Position numbers and translations under genes: made by a program
Notes under the pieces: generated by a model
Told to the model about the DNA's origin: nothing
What the model saw: only the letters and a program-made list of their open reading frames with translations
Databases searched by the model: none
Part shown: positions 49,824-61,700 of the stretch, in pieces
Layout: the number at the start of each line of letters is the position of its first letter
Position numbering within the stretch: position 1 is the first letter of the stretch
IMG/VR virus record: IMGVR_UViG_3300042922_001473
From: a virus
Taxonomy: Duplodnaviria > Caudoviricetes
DNA: 64,000 nt
Direction: 5' to 3' (one strand)

Positions 49824-52800
49824 TTATTCTACTATTATTAAATCAAGCCTATCACTTAATGTTGTTTTTATTTCACTATCAGCTAAAGCATTTACAAGTG
49901 TTCTTGCATTTTGAATATAAACTTCAATTTTGTACTTTTCTGCTTTTTCAACTGCTTTAGTTGCTTCTTGTATTGCTACTGCTTCAGCAGATGGAAATAT
50001 TATTGGTCTTAATACTTCTAATCTATTTAACAATGTTGTCTTAATTTCACCATTTTCCAAAGCATTTACCAGAGCTTCTGCTTTATTAAAGTAATACGTT
50101 GATTTATATTTCTCTGCATAATTTACATAGTTAGTTGCATTATTTATTTGTCTAATTGCGTTCTTTTCTGCAATTAAGTTATTGTAATTAGTTTTTAATG
50201 TTTCAACTCTTTGCAATAAATCTGCTTTTTCAGGTGTGCCATCAGCTATCATGTTTACTCTTTTTATTGCGTATAGAATTGTATACTTAGTAGGAGTTTT
50301 TTCTGCTCTTAAAACAGCGTTGTTAGCATATTTTATTACTGTTGAAGAACTTCCACTACCATCTATTGGCACTATAGCATCAAGCCTATCATCTAAAGCT
50401 TCTTTTTCAGGACTATCAATTAATGCATTTACAGTATCTCTTGCAGTTGAGATATATGGCTCTCTTTTATAGGTTTCCGCAATTTTTACTTTTGTAGTAG
50501 CATTTTTTAATTCCTGTGCTATTGCATTTTCTTCGATTTTTTCTTTTAAAGCTTCCAATCTATCAAGCAATGCTGTTTTTTTAGGAGAATCGTATAATGC
50601 ATTTACAACTTCTTCTGCATCCGTTAAATATGGGTTTCTTTTATATGCTTCTGCAATTTTTACTTTTGTTTCAGCATTTTTAATAGCTTCTGCTGTATTA
50701 GTTTCACCACTTCCTGGATTATCAACAATTACTTGAATTGAATTTAATCTTTCAGTTAATGAAGTCTTTTTTTCGCTGTTTGATAATGCATTAACTAATG
50801 CTCTTGCATTGTCTACGTCAGCTTGTAATTTGCTACCTTCTGCTTTAATAACTGCATTTGTTGCATTTGCTATTATTTGCTGTAATTCTTTTTCAGCATC
50901 AATTATAGCTTGTACGGTGTCAAGTCTTCCGTTTAATGAAGTTTTTACTTCACTGTTTGGAAGTCCATTTACTAATACTCTTGCACTATCTACATCTGTT
51001 TGTAATTTACTACCTTCTGCTTTAACTACTGCATTTGTTGCATTTGCTATTGCTTGTTGTAATTCATTTTCAATATCAATCATAGACTGTACAGCATTTA
51101 ATCGTTCAGTTAATGAAGTCTTTTCAGCTATTTGTGGTAATGCATTTACTAAAGCTCTTGCACTATTTACATCTGCTTGCAATTTACTACCTTCTGCTTT
51201 AACAACTGCATTTGTTGTATTTGCTATTGCTTGTTGTAATTCATTTTCAGCATTTATAATTGCTTGCAAATTATTTAATCTTGTTAATAAATTTACTTTA
51301 AATTTTGTATCTGGTAATGAGCCTACGCTTGCGTTTGCTATATTATAATCATTTTGCATTAATGTATTTTCTGCTAATATTATTGAATTACCAGCATTTA
51401 TTACATTTTGTAGTCTTTGAGCATTTAATGTCATTTGTGATTTACTATCAATATCAATTATTGTTTCTATTATAATTTTTACTTCATTTAATTTTACTTG
51501 AGCTTGTTCATAATTTTCTATTAATAGAAGATTAATAACATCTAAAAACCCATTTATTGTGTCTATATCTTGTGGTAATACTTCTATTTTGTAATAAATA
51601 TATATTTGAACAGCATCAAGTCTTTTACCTAAGTCGGTAATTTCAGGTTCAATAAGTTCATTTACATAAATTCTTGCATTATCGACATCTGTTTGCAACT
51701 TAGACATTTCTGCTTTTTTAACAGATTGCGTTGCTATTTTAACTTTATTTATATATATTTGAAGAATATCCAATCTTTCATTTAATGAAATTTTTTCTAT
51801 AATATTATCTAATAGATTATTGACTAATATTCTTGCATAATCAAGGTCAGTTTGTATATGAGTTCTTTCAGCTTTTTCAACTGCTTGAATAGCAAGTGCA
51901 AGATAATCTACAGGTATTGTATTAACTCTTTCTTCTAATGAAGGTTTTATTGTTTCAGTATATTGATTGTCAGGCAAGTTACTAATCAACTCTTGTGCTT
52001 TATTAATATCTTCTGGCAATTTTGTTTCTTCAGCTTGTTCTATTGCCCTTATAACTTCCTGTATCTGTTCTTTAATATCAACTATTTCTTGAATTACTTC
52101 TATTTCTTGCGTTAAAGTTTCTTTAGATTCGTGAGAATCAGGCAATATATTAATCCATTCATTTGCTTCATTAACATCTTCTTGATTATTAGTTTCTTCT
52201 GCTATTGTTATAGCATCTTGAATTTTATCTACTATTATCTCATTTTTCAATTCTGTGTTAGGAAGTTCTGCAATTGCTTCAACTGTATCAAGTTTCATAG
52301 CATTAAAAATTAATGTTAACTCATGTGCTATTTCGATAAATGTAACCTTATCTTCGCCTTCTGGTAAATTAACTACATCTGCATTAATAGTATTTATAGT
52401 TGTCTCAGCAATAACCATATCTCCAATTAAAATTTGTGTAATAAAATCATTACTGTTATTTACTAAACTGTTTAAAGCTTTTAAATATGCTTTATCTTCT
52501 CCTTCTGGTAAAGAATTTAATAATACATCTATATCTACTATAGTCGCAAGTGGTAATTTATTAATCATGAAGGTTTTTATATTGACAGAGCTTGTTAAAT
52601 ACATTGGCATTTCAATTTTTAAAGATGCAATATTTGCAAATGGCACAACTCTATTTTTTAAATTATTAATTAATTCTTCTAATGCTTTTTTAATATCTAT
52701 ATATCTTTGAACATTATTTAGTTGCTCTAATAAATATGTTTTTTCTATACTATCTGATAAACTATTTACTAATGCAAAAGCATTATCAATATCATCTTGT

Positions 52801-55800
52801 AATTTTGTAATCTTTGCTAATGCAACCGCATTTGTCGCTTCAGCTAATGTGTCTTTGTTATTTATATACTTTTGAACCATGTCTAATCTTTCAATTAATG
52901 AAGACTTTATTAATTCTGTTTCTGGCAAAACATTAACTAATGTTCTTGCATTATCAATGTCTATCTGTTCCTTTGTTGTTTCAGCTTGTGATACTGCATT
53001 TTTTGCATTATTTAAAGCTGTTTCATAGATAACGGTATTAGATGTAGCTATTGAACTTTCATTCCCTACTTTATCTGTTGTTTTAGCATTAATTATATAT
53101 TCTCCGTCAACTAAAGCTACTTGACCAACATAAATAGTCCATTCTCCGTCATTAATCTGGTATTTGGAATCATTAACTCCACTACCACTATCAGTTCCAT
53201 GTGTTATAACTAATTTACCTAAAATAATTTTTATCGTTGGTGCAGTTGGCAATATCTTATCAATATTATTTATAGTAATAGTTTTTATTGTTACATTTTC
53301 ATTAGTATCTTTTGCATAAATTGAATATGTCCCATTCTCTGAAACAGTAAATGTTTCTTGCAATTCATTTCCTGATGACATAAAATACTCTGCATTTTGT
53401 AAGCCCTTTGCCCACTTTTTAACAGCAATTTCTTCATTATCAGTTACTAATGCAGTGACAATTACGTTTTGATTTGTTAATGCAGTTATATTTGCAGAAA
53501 GATTAATTACAGGGTCAATAACATCTTGATATTCAAGTAAATTTAAAGTATAGCCAATTCCTTCAATATAACTTGAAAATGTTGTATTTATAGTGTATAC
53601 TGTTGCAGTTTTTTCAGTTAGTGATTTTCCTGCATCGACAAAAGCAGATGTTTCCACTGTTTGTTCCCCATTATATAAGTTGTTGATTGAAGCAAGATTT
53701 ACAGCCCCACCAAATGCATAACTTCCAATATTAGATAATGAGCTTGGAAATGTAACACTTGTTAAACTTTTACTATCTCGAAATGCCCCATAAAATGCTT
53801 GATATTTAGAAGACCAACATATACCGTTACATTCCCATATAGAATATACCTCTACATGTGCATTATCAATAGTTGTTAAACCTTCTGAAAAGTTAATTTC
53901 TTCTAATTTGTCATTGCTAAAAAATGCACCTCCACCAATTGATATTACAGTTTCAGCAAATGATACAGTCAGTATATTATCACACTCATAAAATGCAAAT
54001 TTACCAACTCTTGTTACGCCTGTTTCAACAATAACATGTTTTATTTTTTCTTTTATCTCAAAATATGGTGCATTTGTTACTCTATTATCAAAATTAAACA
54101 CCATATCATTCATATTTCCTGTTCCACTTATAGTGAAAATTCCAGTATCTGAATCAAGAGTTCCTATAACATTAACACCTAACTGATATACACCTATATT
54201 TGAAAGTTCTTCAAAAGTATACCCAGCATTAATAAATGATTTAATACCATTAAGATTTTCAAAATATGCTTTTCCAATCTTAGTTGAAGCATTTTTACCA
54301 GAATTAGTAAAGACATTTACTATTGATTGATTGCCTTGATACATATTTATTATTTCAGCAAGATTATCACAATTAGCAAATGCTCCACTACCAATAGTAA
54401 CTACTGAACTTGGTATTGTAATACTGATTAAACCATCGCATTCATTAAATGCAGAAGAAGATATAGTTAAAACTGAATTTGGTATTATGATTGAAGCTAT
54501 TCCAGATTTATAAAATGCATTACTACCTATTTTAGTTACTGTTTCAGGAATTATAATGGAAGTTAAATTTATAAAGTTATTATAAAATGCATTATCTCCA
54601 ATACTTGTAACGCCCTCTTGAATAATTACTGTTTTAATTAAATTTCCAATTGAATAATAAGGAGTATTAATTCCTAAGAAATCTGTCATATCACCAGTAC
54701 CACTAATAGTAAGTATTCCTGTCTCTGCATCAAAAGTTCCTATAACATTAGTACCTAATTGATATACTCCTATATTTAATAATCCTTCAAAAGTATATCC
54801 AGCATTTATTATCGCATTAACAAAATTAATATTTTCATAATAACCTCTTGCATTTTTAGAAGGTTTATTTAACCCAGAATTAGTAAATACATTAGTTCCA
54901 ATAGTTTGATTTCCAGTATATTCATTTATAATTTCTACAAGATTATCACATTCACTAAAAGCATCACTTCCTATTGTAGTTACTGAACCAGGAATGGTAA
55001 TACTTGTAATATTATCACATTCTTTGAAAGCACTATATTCAATTGATGTTAAAGAATTTGGGAATACTATTGTAGTTAAACCATCACAATCATAAAAAGC
55101 ACTACTTCTAATTATTTTTACAGTGTTTGCAATTGTAATAGAAGTTAAATTTTTAAAAGCATAAAATGTATTATTTCCTACATTTGTTACACCTTCTTCA
55201 ATAATAACTGTTTTTATTTTATCTCTAACAGGATAAAAAGGCTGATTAATTGAATTATAATCATTCATATTTCCTGTGCCACTTATAGTTAAAATACCAG
55301 TTGTTATATCAAGTGTTCCCGTAACATTAGTACCTAACTTATAAGTACCCACAGTTTCAACACCATTTAATATATACCCTGCACTCGTAATAGCATTGTT
55401 AAAATTGTAGTTTTCAAGGAATGAATTTGCTTGTTTAGTTAATACATTGCTTCCTGCACCAGTAAAAGCATAACGGTCAATTATTTGATTGCCTTTATAC
55501 AAGTTGGTAATTTCTGCAAGATTATCGCATGAATAGAAAGCATATTCTCCAATATTAGTTACAGAATTTGGTATATTTACTGATGTTAAATTGTCGCAAT
55601 CATAAAACGTGTTATATCTTATAGTTGTTAATGAATTTGGAATATTAATTGTTGATAAGCTATCACAATTATTAAATGCATTACCTCCAAGATTTGTTAA
55701 ATTTGCTGGAAGCACAACAGATGATAACTTTACACAACCATTAAATGCATAATCTCCAATACTTGTTACAGAATTTGGTATTGTAATAGATGTTAATATA

Positions 55801-58628
55801 AATAAGCCATTGAATGCATAATTTCCTATACTTGTTACGCCTTCTTCAATAACAACAGATGTGATTTTATATTTAATAAAGTTATATGGAGCATTGTTGC
55901 CAGAAAAATTTGTCATATTTCCAGTACCACTTATAGTTAATACTCCAGTTTCTGCATTAAAAGTTCCTGCAACATTAGTTCCTAAAACAAAATTCCCCCA
56001 ATTGGCTGTTTCATTTACCTTATATCCTCTACTTGTAATTGCATTGATAAAATTTGTATTTACTAAATCTGCAGTTGCATATTTTGGATTTATATTATAA
56101 CCAGCATTATAGAAAGATGCATAAGAACTTATATCAATTGTTTGATTTCCTTTGTACAGGTTAATAATTTCAGCAAGATTTCGGCAATCATAAAATGCAC
56201 TTACACCGATAGACGCAACAGAACTTCCAATTGTAACCATTGATAAATTTTGACAATTTGCAAATGCCCCACCACCAATTTTTGTTACTGAATTTGGTAT
56301 TACAATAGATATTAATTTATTGCAATAGGCAAATGCATTATCTTCAATGGTTAGTACAGTATCAGCTATGGTAACTGTTTCTAAATTGTTAAAGTTATAA
56401 TAAAAGGCATATTTACCAATACTTGTAACACCTTCTTCAATGACAACACTTTTTATTTTATCTCCTATATAATAGTATGGAGAATCATTGCTATTATTAA
56501 AATTTGTCATTGCACCCGTACCACTGATAGTAAGTAACCCAGTTTCTGAATCAAAAGTACCTATTACATTAGTACCTAATTGATAAACTCCGATATTTGA
56601 TAATTCACTAAATTTATATTGACTGTTACTAACTACATATCTAATAAAATCATAATTTTCAAAGTAACCCTTTGCAATTCGTTCTGCTATAGGAACATTA
56701 ATACCAGCATTTTTAAAAGACGCATAATTACTATTGTCAACAATCTGTTTCCCTTTATATAAGTTTATTATTTCAGCAAGATTTCGACAATCATAAAATG
56801 CACTTACACCGATAGTGGCAACAGAGCTTCCAATTGTAACCTTTGATAAATTTTGACAATTTAAAAATGCCCCACCACCAATTTTTGTTACTGAATTTGG
56901 TATTACAATAGATATTAATTTATTGCAATAGCCAAATGCATTATCTTCAATGATTAGTACAGTATCAGCTATGGTAACTGTTTCTAAATTGTTAAAGTTA
57001 TAATAAAAGGCGTATTTACCAATACTTGTAACGCCATCTTCAATGACAATAGATTTTATTTTATCTCCTATATAATAGTATGGAGAATCATTGCTATTAT
57101 TAAAGTTTGTCATTGTACCCGTACCACTGATAGTAAGTAACCCAGTTTCTGAATTTAAAGTACCTATTACATTAGTACCTAATTGATAAACCCCGATATT
57201 TGATAATTCATTAAATTTATATTGACTATTACTAACTACATATCTAATAAAATCATAATTTTCAAAATAACCTTTTACAATTCGTTCTGCTATAGGAACA
57301 TTAATACCAGCATTTTTAAAAGACGCATAATTACTATTATCAATAATCTGTTTCCCTTTATATAAGTTTATTATTTCAGCAAGATTTCGACAATCGAAAA
57401 ATGCATTCATGCCGATAGTGGCAACAGAACTTCCAATTGTAACCATTGATAAATTTTGACAATTTGCAAATGCCCCACCACCAATTTTTGTTACTGAATT
57501 TGGTATTACGATAGATATTAGGCTATTGCAATGTGCAAATGCATTATCTTCAATGGTTAGTACAGTATCAGCTATGGTAACTGTTTCTAAATTGTTAAAG
57601 TTATAATAAAAGGCGTATTTACCAATACTTGTAACACCATCTTCAATGACAACAGATTTTATTTTATCTCCTATATAATAGTATGGAGAATCATTGCTAT
57701 TATTAAAGTTTGTCATCGCACCAGTACCACTGATAGTAAGTAACCCAGTTTCTGAATTTAAAGTACCTATTACATTGTCACCTAATTGATAAACTCCGAT
57801 ATTTGATAATTCATTAAATTTATATTGACTATTACTAACTACATATCTAATAAAATCATAATTTTCAAAGTAACCCTTTGCAATTCGTTCTGCTATAGGA
57901 ACATTAATACCAGCATTTTTAAAAGACGCATAATTACTATTATCAATAATCTGTTTCCCTTTATATAAGTTAATAATTTCAGCAAGATTTCGACAATCAT
58001 AAAATGCACTTACACTGATAGTGGCAACAGAGCTTCCAATTGTAACCTTTGATAAATTTTGACAATTTGCAAATGCACCACCACCAATTTTTGTTACTGA
58101 ATTTGGTATTACGATAGATGTTAATTTATTGCAATTTGCAAATGCATTATCTTCAATAATTGTTACGGTATCTGCTATGGTAACTGTTTCTAAATTATTA
58201 AAGTTATAATAAAAAGCGTATTTACCAATACTTGTAACACCATCTTCAATGACAACAGATTTTATACTATCTTTAATCGAGTAATATGGCTGATTATTGC
58301 TTGAATAATTCGCCATTGCTCCTGTTCCACTAATTGTAAAAACTCCTGTTATATCATCAAATACTCCTGTTATACCCGTTCCTAATGAATATGAAGTAGT
58401 TAAAGCTTCTGCTTTTATAGGAAGCAACAGTTCTTTAAATTTATTCAAAACCCCCTTCCCTTCACCATTTTTATTCTGCTTTTGTGAATTATTATTTAAA
58501 AACTTTTCAAGTTCAGCACCTTCAAGCACTACTGGTTGCGTATTAGCAAATGCTTGAAATGGAAAACTTGTAATAATCATTAGCGAAGCAAGAATAATGC
58601 TTAAAACTTTGTTTATTTTTGTTTTCAT
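49824..58628 (-). CDS. giant secreted BspA-type leucine-rich repeat (LRR_5) protein with helical-repeat C-terminus
   Basis: Signal peptide; many IPNSVT.IG..AF..C..L repeats with LTISGTG.M caps; Ig-like linker; ~53-aa ATNAVVKAE..LQ.DVD.AR.LVN.L repeats. Confidence 0.92.
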   Translation of the reverse strand: MKTKINKVLSIILASLMIITSFPFQAFANTQPVVLEGAELEKFLNNNSQKQNKNGEGKGVLNKFKELLLPIKAEALTTSYSLGTGITGVFDDITGVFTISGTGAMANYSSNNQPYYSIKDSIKSVVIEDGVTSIGKYAFYYNFNNLETVTIADTVTIIEDNAFANCNKLTSIVIPNSVTKIGGGAFANCQNLSKVTIGSSVATISVSAFYDCRNLAEIINLYKGKQIIDNSNYASFKNAGINVPIAERIAKGYFENYDFIRYVVSNSQYKFNELSNIGVYQLGDNVIGTLNSETGLLTISGTGAMTNFNNSNDSPYYYIGDKIKSVVIEDGVTSIGKYAFYYNFNNLETVTIADTVLTIEDNAFAHCNSLISIVIPNSVTKIGGGAFANCQNLSMVTIGSSVATIGMNAFFDCRNLAEIINLYKGKQIIDNSNYASFKNAGINVPIAERIVKGYFENYDFIRYVVSNSQYKFNELSNIGVYQLGTNVIGTLNSETGLLTISGTGTMTNFNNSNDSPYYYIGDKIKSIVIEDGVTSIGKYAFYYNFNNLETVTIADTVLIIEDNAFGYCNKLISIVIPNSVTKIGGGAFLNCQNLSKVTIGSSVATIGVSAFYDCRNLAEIINLYKGKQIVDNSNYASFKNAGINVPIAERIAKGYFENYDFIRYVVSNSQYKFSELSNIGVYQLGTNVIGTFDSETGLLTISGTGAMTNFNNSNDSPYYYIGDKIKSVVIEEGVTSIGKYAFYYNFNNLETVTIADTVLTIEDNAFAYCNKLISIVIPNSVTKIGGGAFANCQNLSMVTIGSSVASIGVSAFYDCRNLAEIINLYKGNQTIDISSYASFYNAGYNINPKYATADLVNTNFINAITSRGYKVNETANWGNFVLGTNVAGTFNAETGVLTISGTGNMTNFSGNNAPYNFIKYKITSVVIEEGVTSIGNYAFNGLFILTSITIPNSVTSIGDYAFNGCVKLSSVVLPANLTNLGGNAFNNCDSLSTINIPNSLTTIRYNTFYDCDNLTSVNIPNSVTNIGEYAFYSCDNLAEITNLYKGNQIIDRYAFTGAGSNVLTKQANSFLENYNFNNAITSAGYILNGVETVGTYKLGTNVTGTLDITTGILTISGTGNMNDYNSINQPFYPVRDKIKTVIIEEGVTNVGNNTFYAFKNLTSITIANTVKIIRSSAFYDCDGLTTIVFPNSLTSIEYSAFKECDNITSITIPGSVTTIGSDAFSECDNLVEIINEYTGNQTIGTNVFTNSGLNKPSKNARGYYENINFVNAIINAGYTFEGLLNIGVYQLGTNVIGTFDAETGILTISGTGDMTDFLGINTPYYSIGNLIKTVIIQEGVTSIGDNAFYNNFINLTSIIIPETVTKIGSNAFYKSGIASIIIPNSVLTISSSAFNECDGLISITIPSSVVTIGSGAFANCDNLAEIINMYQGNQSIVNVFTNSGKNASTKIGKAYFENLNGIKSFINAGYTFEELSNIGVYQLGVNVIGTLDSDTGIFTISGTGNMNDMVFNFDNRVTNAPYFEIKEKIKHVIVETGVTRVGKFAFYECDNILTVSFAETVISIGGGAFFSNDKLEEINFSEGLTTIDNAHVEVYSIWECNGICWSSKYQAFYGAFRDSKSLTSVTFPSSLSNIGSYAFGGAVNLASINNLYNGEQTVETSAFVDAGKSLTEKTATVYTINTTFSSYIEGIGYTLNLLEYQDVIDPVINLSANITALTNQNVIVTALVTDNEEIAVKKWAKGLQNAEYFMSSGNELQETFTVSENGTYSIYAKDTNENVTIKTITINNIDKILPTAPTIKIILGKLVITHGTDSGSGVNDSKYQINDGEWTIYVGQVALVDGEYIINAKTTDKVGNESSIATSNTVIYETALNNAKNAVSQAETTKEQIDIDNARTLVNVLPETELIKSSLIERLDMVQKYINNKDTLAEATNAVALAKITKLQDDIDNAFALVNSLSDSIEKTYLLEQLNNVQRYIDIKKALEELINNLKNRVVPFANIASLKIEMPMYLTSSVNIKTFMINKLPLATIVDIDVLLNSLPEGEDKAYLKALNSLVNNSNDFITQILIGDMVIAETTINTINADVVNLPEGEDKVTFIEIAHELTLIFNAMKLDTVEAIAELPNTELKNEIIVDKIQDAITIAEETNNQEDVNEANEWINILPDSHESKETLTQEIEVIQEIVDIKEQIQEVIRAIEQAEETKLPEDINKAQELISNLPDNQYTETIKPSLEERVNTIPVDYLALAIQAVEKAERTHIQTDLDYARILVNNLLDNIIEKISLNERLDILQIYINKVKIATQSVKKAEMSKLQTDVDNARIYVNELIEPEITDLGKRLDAVQIYIYYKIEVLPQDIDTINGFLDVINLLLIENYEQAQVKLNEVKIIIETIIDIDSKSQMTLNAQRLQNVINAGNSIILAENTLMQNDYNIANASVGSLPDTKFKVNLLTRLNNLQAIINAENELQQAIANTTNAVVKAEGSKLQADVNSARALVNALPQIAEKTSLTERLNAVQSMIDIENELQQAIANATNAVVKAEGSKLQTDVDSARVLVNGLPNSEVKTSLNGRLDTVQAIIDAEKELQQIIANATNAVIKAEGSKLQADVDNARALVNALSNSEKKTSLTERLNSIQVIVDNPGSGETNTAEAIKNAETKVKIAEAYKRNPYLTDAEEVVNALYDSPKKTALLDRLEALKEKIEENAIAQELKNATTKVKIAETYKREPYISTARDTVNALIDSPEKEALDDRLDAIVPIDGSGSSSTVIKYANNAVLRAEKTPTKYTILYAIKRVNMIADGTPEKADLLQRVETLKTNYNNLIAEKNAIRQINNATNYVNYAEKYKSTYYFNKAEALVNALENGEIKTTLLNRLEVLRPIIFPSAEAVAIQEATKAVEKAEKYKIEVYIQNARTLVNALADSEIKTTLSDRLDLIIVE
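55990..58390 (-). repeat. four near-identical 603-bp intragenic tandem repeats
   Basis: CCAGCATT anchor at 56101, 56704, 57307, 57910. Confidence 0.9.
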
Positions 58629-58769
58629 TTGTTTATATTTCCTCCTTTTTTAATTTATTTTTAAAAACAATATTATATATTACTATTAAATTATCAATTA
58701 TATTCAAATTTCAGCTCTAAACCTTGATAAAATAAAAAAGAGAACGCCCTGTGACATTCTCTCTTTTCA

Positions 58770-61700
58770 TTATTCAATTACAATTAAATTTAATCTATTA
58801 GTTAAATCAGTTTTTTCATGACTTTCAACAAGTGCATCTACAAGCATTTTTGCTTTTTGAATATAAGCTTCAATCTTATAATTTTCAGCCTTTTCAACAG
58901 CTTTTGTTGCTTCTTGCATAGCTATTGTTTCAGCAGAAGGGAATATTACTGATTGAAGAATATCTAATCTTCCTTGTAATGTTGTTTTTATTTCACCATT
59001 TTCTAAACTACTTACTAAAGTTTGTGCTTTATTAAAGTAATATGTTGATTTATATTTTTCTGCATAATTTACATAGTTAGTTGCGTTCTCTATTTGCACA
59101 ATTGAATTTTTTTCTGCAATTAAGTTATTATAATTAATCTTTAATATTTCAACTCTTTGCAATAAATCTGCTTTCTCAGGTGTACTATCAGCTATCATAT
59201 TAACTTTTTTTATTGCGTATTGAATCGTATACTTAGTAGGAGTTTTTTCTGCTCTTGTAACTGCAATTATTGCAAATTTAACTGTAGTTGAAGAACTTTC
59301 ACTACCATCTGACGGGCTTATAGCATTAAGTCTGTCATCTAAAGCTTCTTTTTCTGGACTATCAACTAATGCATTTACCACATCTCTTGCAGTTGAAATA
59401 TATGGTTCTCTTTTATAAGTTTCTGCAATTTTTACTTTTGTAGTAGCATTTTTCAATTCCTGTGCTAATGTATTTTCTTCTATTAGGGCTTTCAAAGCTT
59501 CCAACCTATCAAGCAATGCTGTTTTCTCAGGAGAATCATATAATGCATTTACAGTATCTTCTGCATTCGTCACATATGGGTTTCTTTTATATGTTTCTGC
59601 AATTTTTACTTTCATTTCAGCAATTCTAATAGCTTCTGGTGCATTAGTTTCACCACCTTCAGGATTATCAATAATTAATTGAACTGCATCTAACCTTTGA
59701 TGTAATGAAGTCTTTTCAGTGATATTTGGTAATGCATTTACTAATACTCTTGCACTATCTACGTCAGCTTGTAATTTGCTACCTTCTGCTTTAACAACTG
59801 CATTTGTTGCATTTGCTATTGCTTGTTGCAATTCTTTTTCAATATCAATCATAGACTGTACAGTATTTAATCGTTCAGTTAATGAAGTCTTTTCAGTTAT
59901 TTGTGGTAATGCATCAACTAAAGCTCTTGCACTATTTACATCTGCTTGTAATTTACTATTTTCTGTCTTAACTACTGCACTTGTTGCATTTGCTATTGCT
60001 TGCTGTAATTCATTTTTAGTGTCAATTATAGCTTGTACGGTGTCAAGTCTTTCAGATAATAAACTTTTTTCAGTTATATTTGGCAATGTATTTACTAATA
60101 TTTTTGCACTATCAACATCTATTTGTGTTTTAGAATTTTCAGCCTTAACAACTGCTTCTGTTGCTCTCAATATTTGGGTTGCAAGTATTTCATCTTTTTC
60201 CGCACTGTTTGGCAACTGATTTATCAAATCATCCAAGTCATTAACTATATCTTCAAGTTCTGTCAATTCTTCAGCAGAAGGATTAGTTAATATTTCGTCT
60301 ATTCTGTCAATTAAATCTTGAATTTGTTTGTTAATTATAGCTATCTGCAAATCGTTAAGTCTTGTTAATAATGATGCCTTTTGAGAAATCGAATTATTAA
60401 GTGCATTTACTAAAGTTCTTGCACTATCTACATCTGCTTGTAACTTAGTTGTTTCAGCTTTTTCTACCGCTAATGTTGCATCTATTACGCAATTTATTAC
60501 ATAGTCTACTACATCAAGTCTTGTGGTTAAATCAGCTTTTTCTGGATTTACCAAAACATTTATTAAAACTCTTGCACTATCAACATCTGATTGAAGTATA
60601 GTTATCTCAGCTTTTTCTACTGCTAAAGTAGCTATACGAACAGCTTCTTGATAATCAATATAAGCTTGAACTATATTCAGTCTATTAGTTAATGAAACTT
60701 TGTCACTTCCAGTAGGTAATGCATTTACTAATACTCTTGCACTATCTAAGTCTGTTTGTAACTTAGAAGCTTCTGTTTGTATTACTGCATTTTTTGCTAT
60801 ATTTAATTCTTCTGTGTTGCCTCCTGTTTGAGGAATTATCAAGTCTGGCACAATTACTGGCGACAGTTGATTGTCAGTGTTTCCAATACCTAATTGACCA
60901 TAATTATTTTGTCCCCAAGTTTTTACAGTCCCATCATCTAATAATACTGCTGTATAACTTGAACCTGCTGTGATTTGATTTACATTTGCAATATCTGGTA
61001 TAATTCTTTTTTGTGTTACCATGTTGGTAGGTAAATCTTCAATACCTAATTGTCCATATTGATTATATCCCCAGATATATATTGTTCCATCTTCCAATAG
61101 TGCTAATGAGTGATTTTGACCTCCTGCCAATTGTTTAACATTTATTAGCCCAGTGATTATTACTGGTGATAGTTTATCATATAAATTACTTGCAGTTATT
61201 TGTCCATTTCCATTTTCACCCCATCCCTTAACTGTACCATCTTCATGTAAAACCAATGAATGAGCAATTCCTGCTTCAATTTGTTTCACATTAGAAAGCC
61301 CAGGAATTAATATTGGAGATTTCTGTGATATTGTGTTTCCTATTCCTAATTCTCCAGAATCATTGTCACCCCATACCTTAACTGTGCCATCTTCTAATAA
61401 AGCTAATGAGTGATAAGCTCCAGCTTTAATTTGTTTTACATTAGTAAGTCCTGACACTATTGTTGGAGTAGTTTTAAATGTAGTATTACCAATGCCTAAT
61501 TGTCCACTATAATTAATTCCCCATGATTTAACTGTACCATCTTCAAGTAAAGCTAATACATGGTCAGAACCACTCGCAATCTGTTTTACATTTATAAGAT
61601 TTGGAACAGTTATGGGTGAATATTGATTTAATTTGTTTTCAATACCTAATTGCCCAGTAAGATTATAACCCCATGCTTTAACTGTACCATCTTCCATTAA

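Noticed and set aside
55990-58390. Diversity-generating retroelement explanation for the variable repeats
   Set aside because: No reverse transcriptase or non-coding template repeat in the window; the copies are in-frame tandem domains
145-60219. Many short antisense ORFs in the track (e.g. 801-1016, 1805-2143, 11502-11936, 50809-51348, 59719-60219)
   Set aside because: Shadows of real genes on the opposite strand, without RBS
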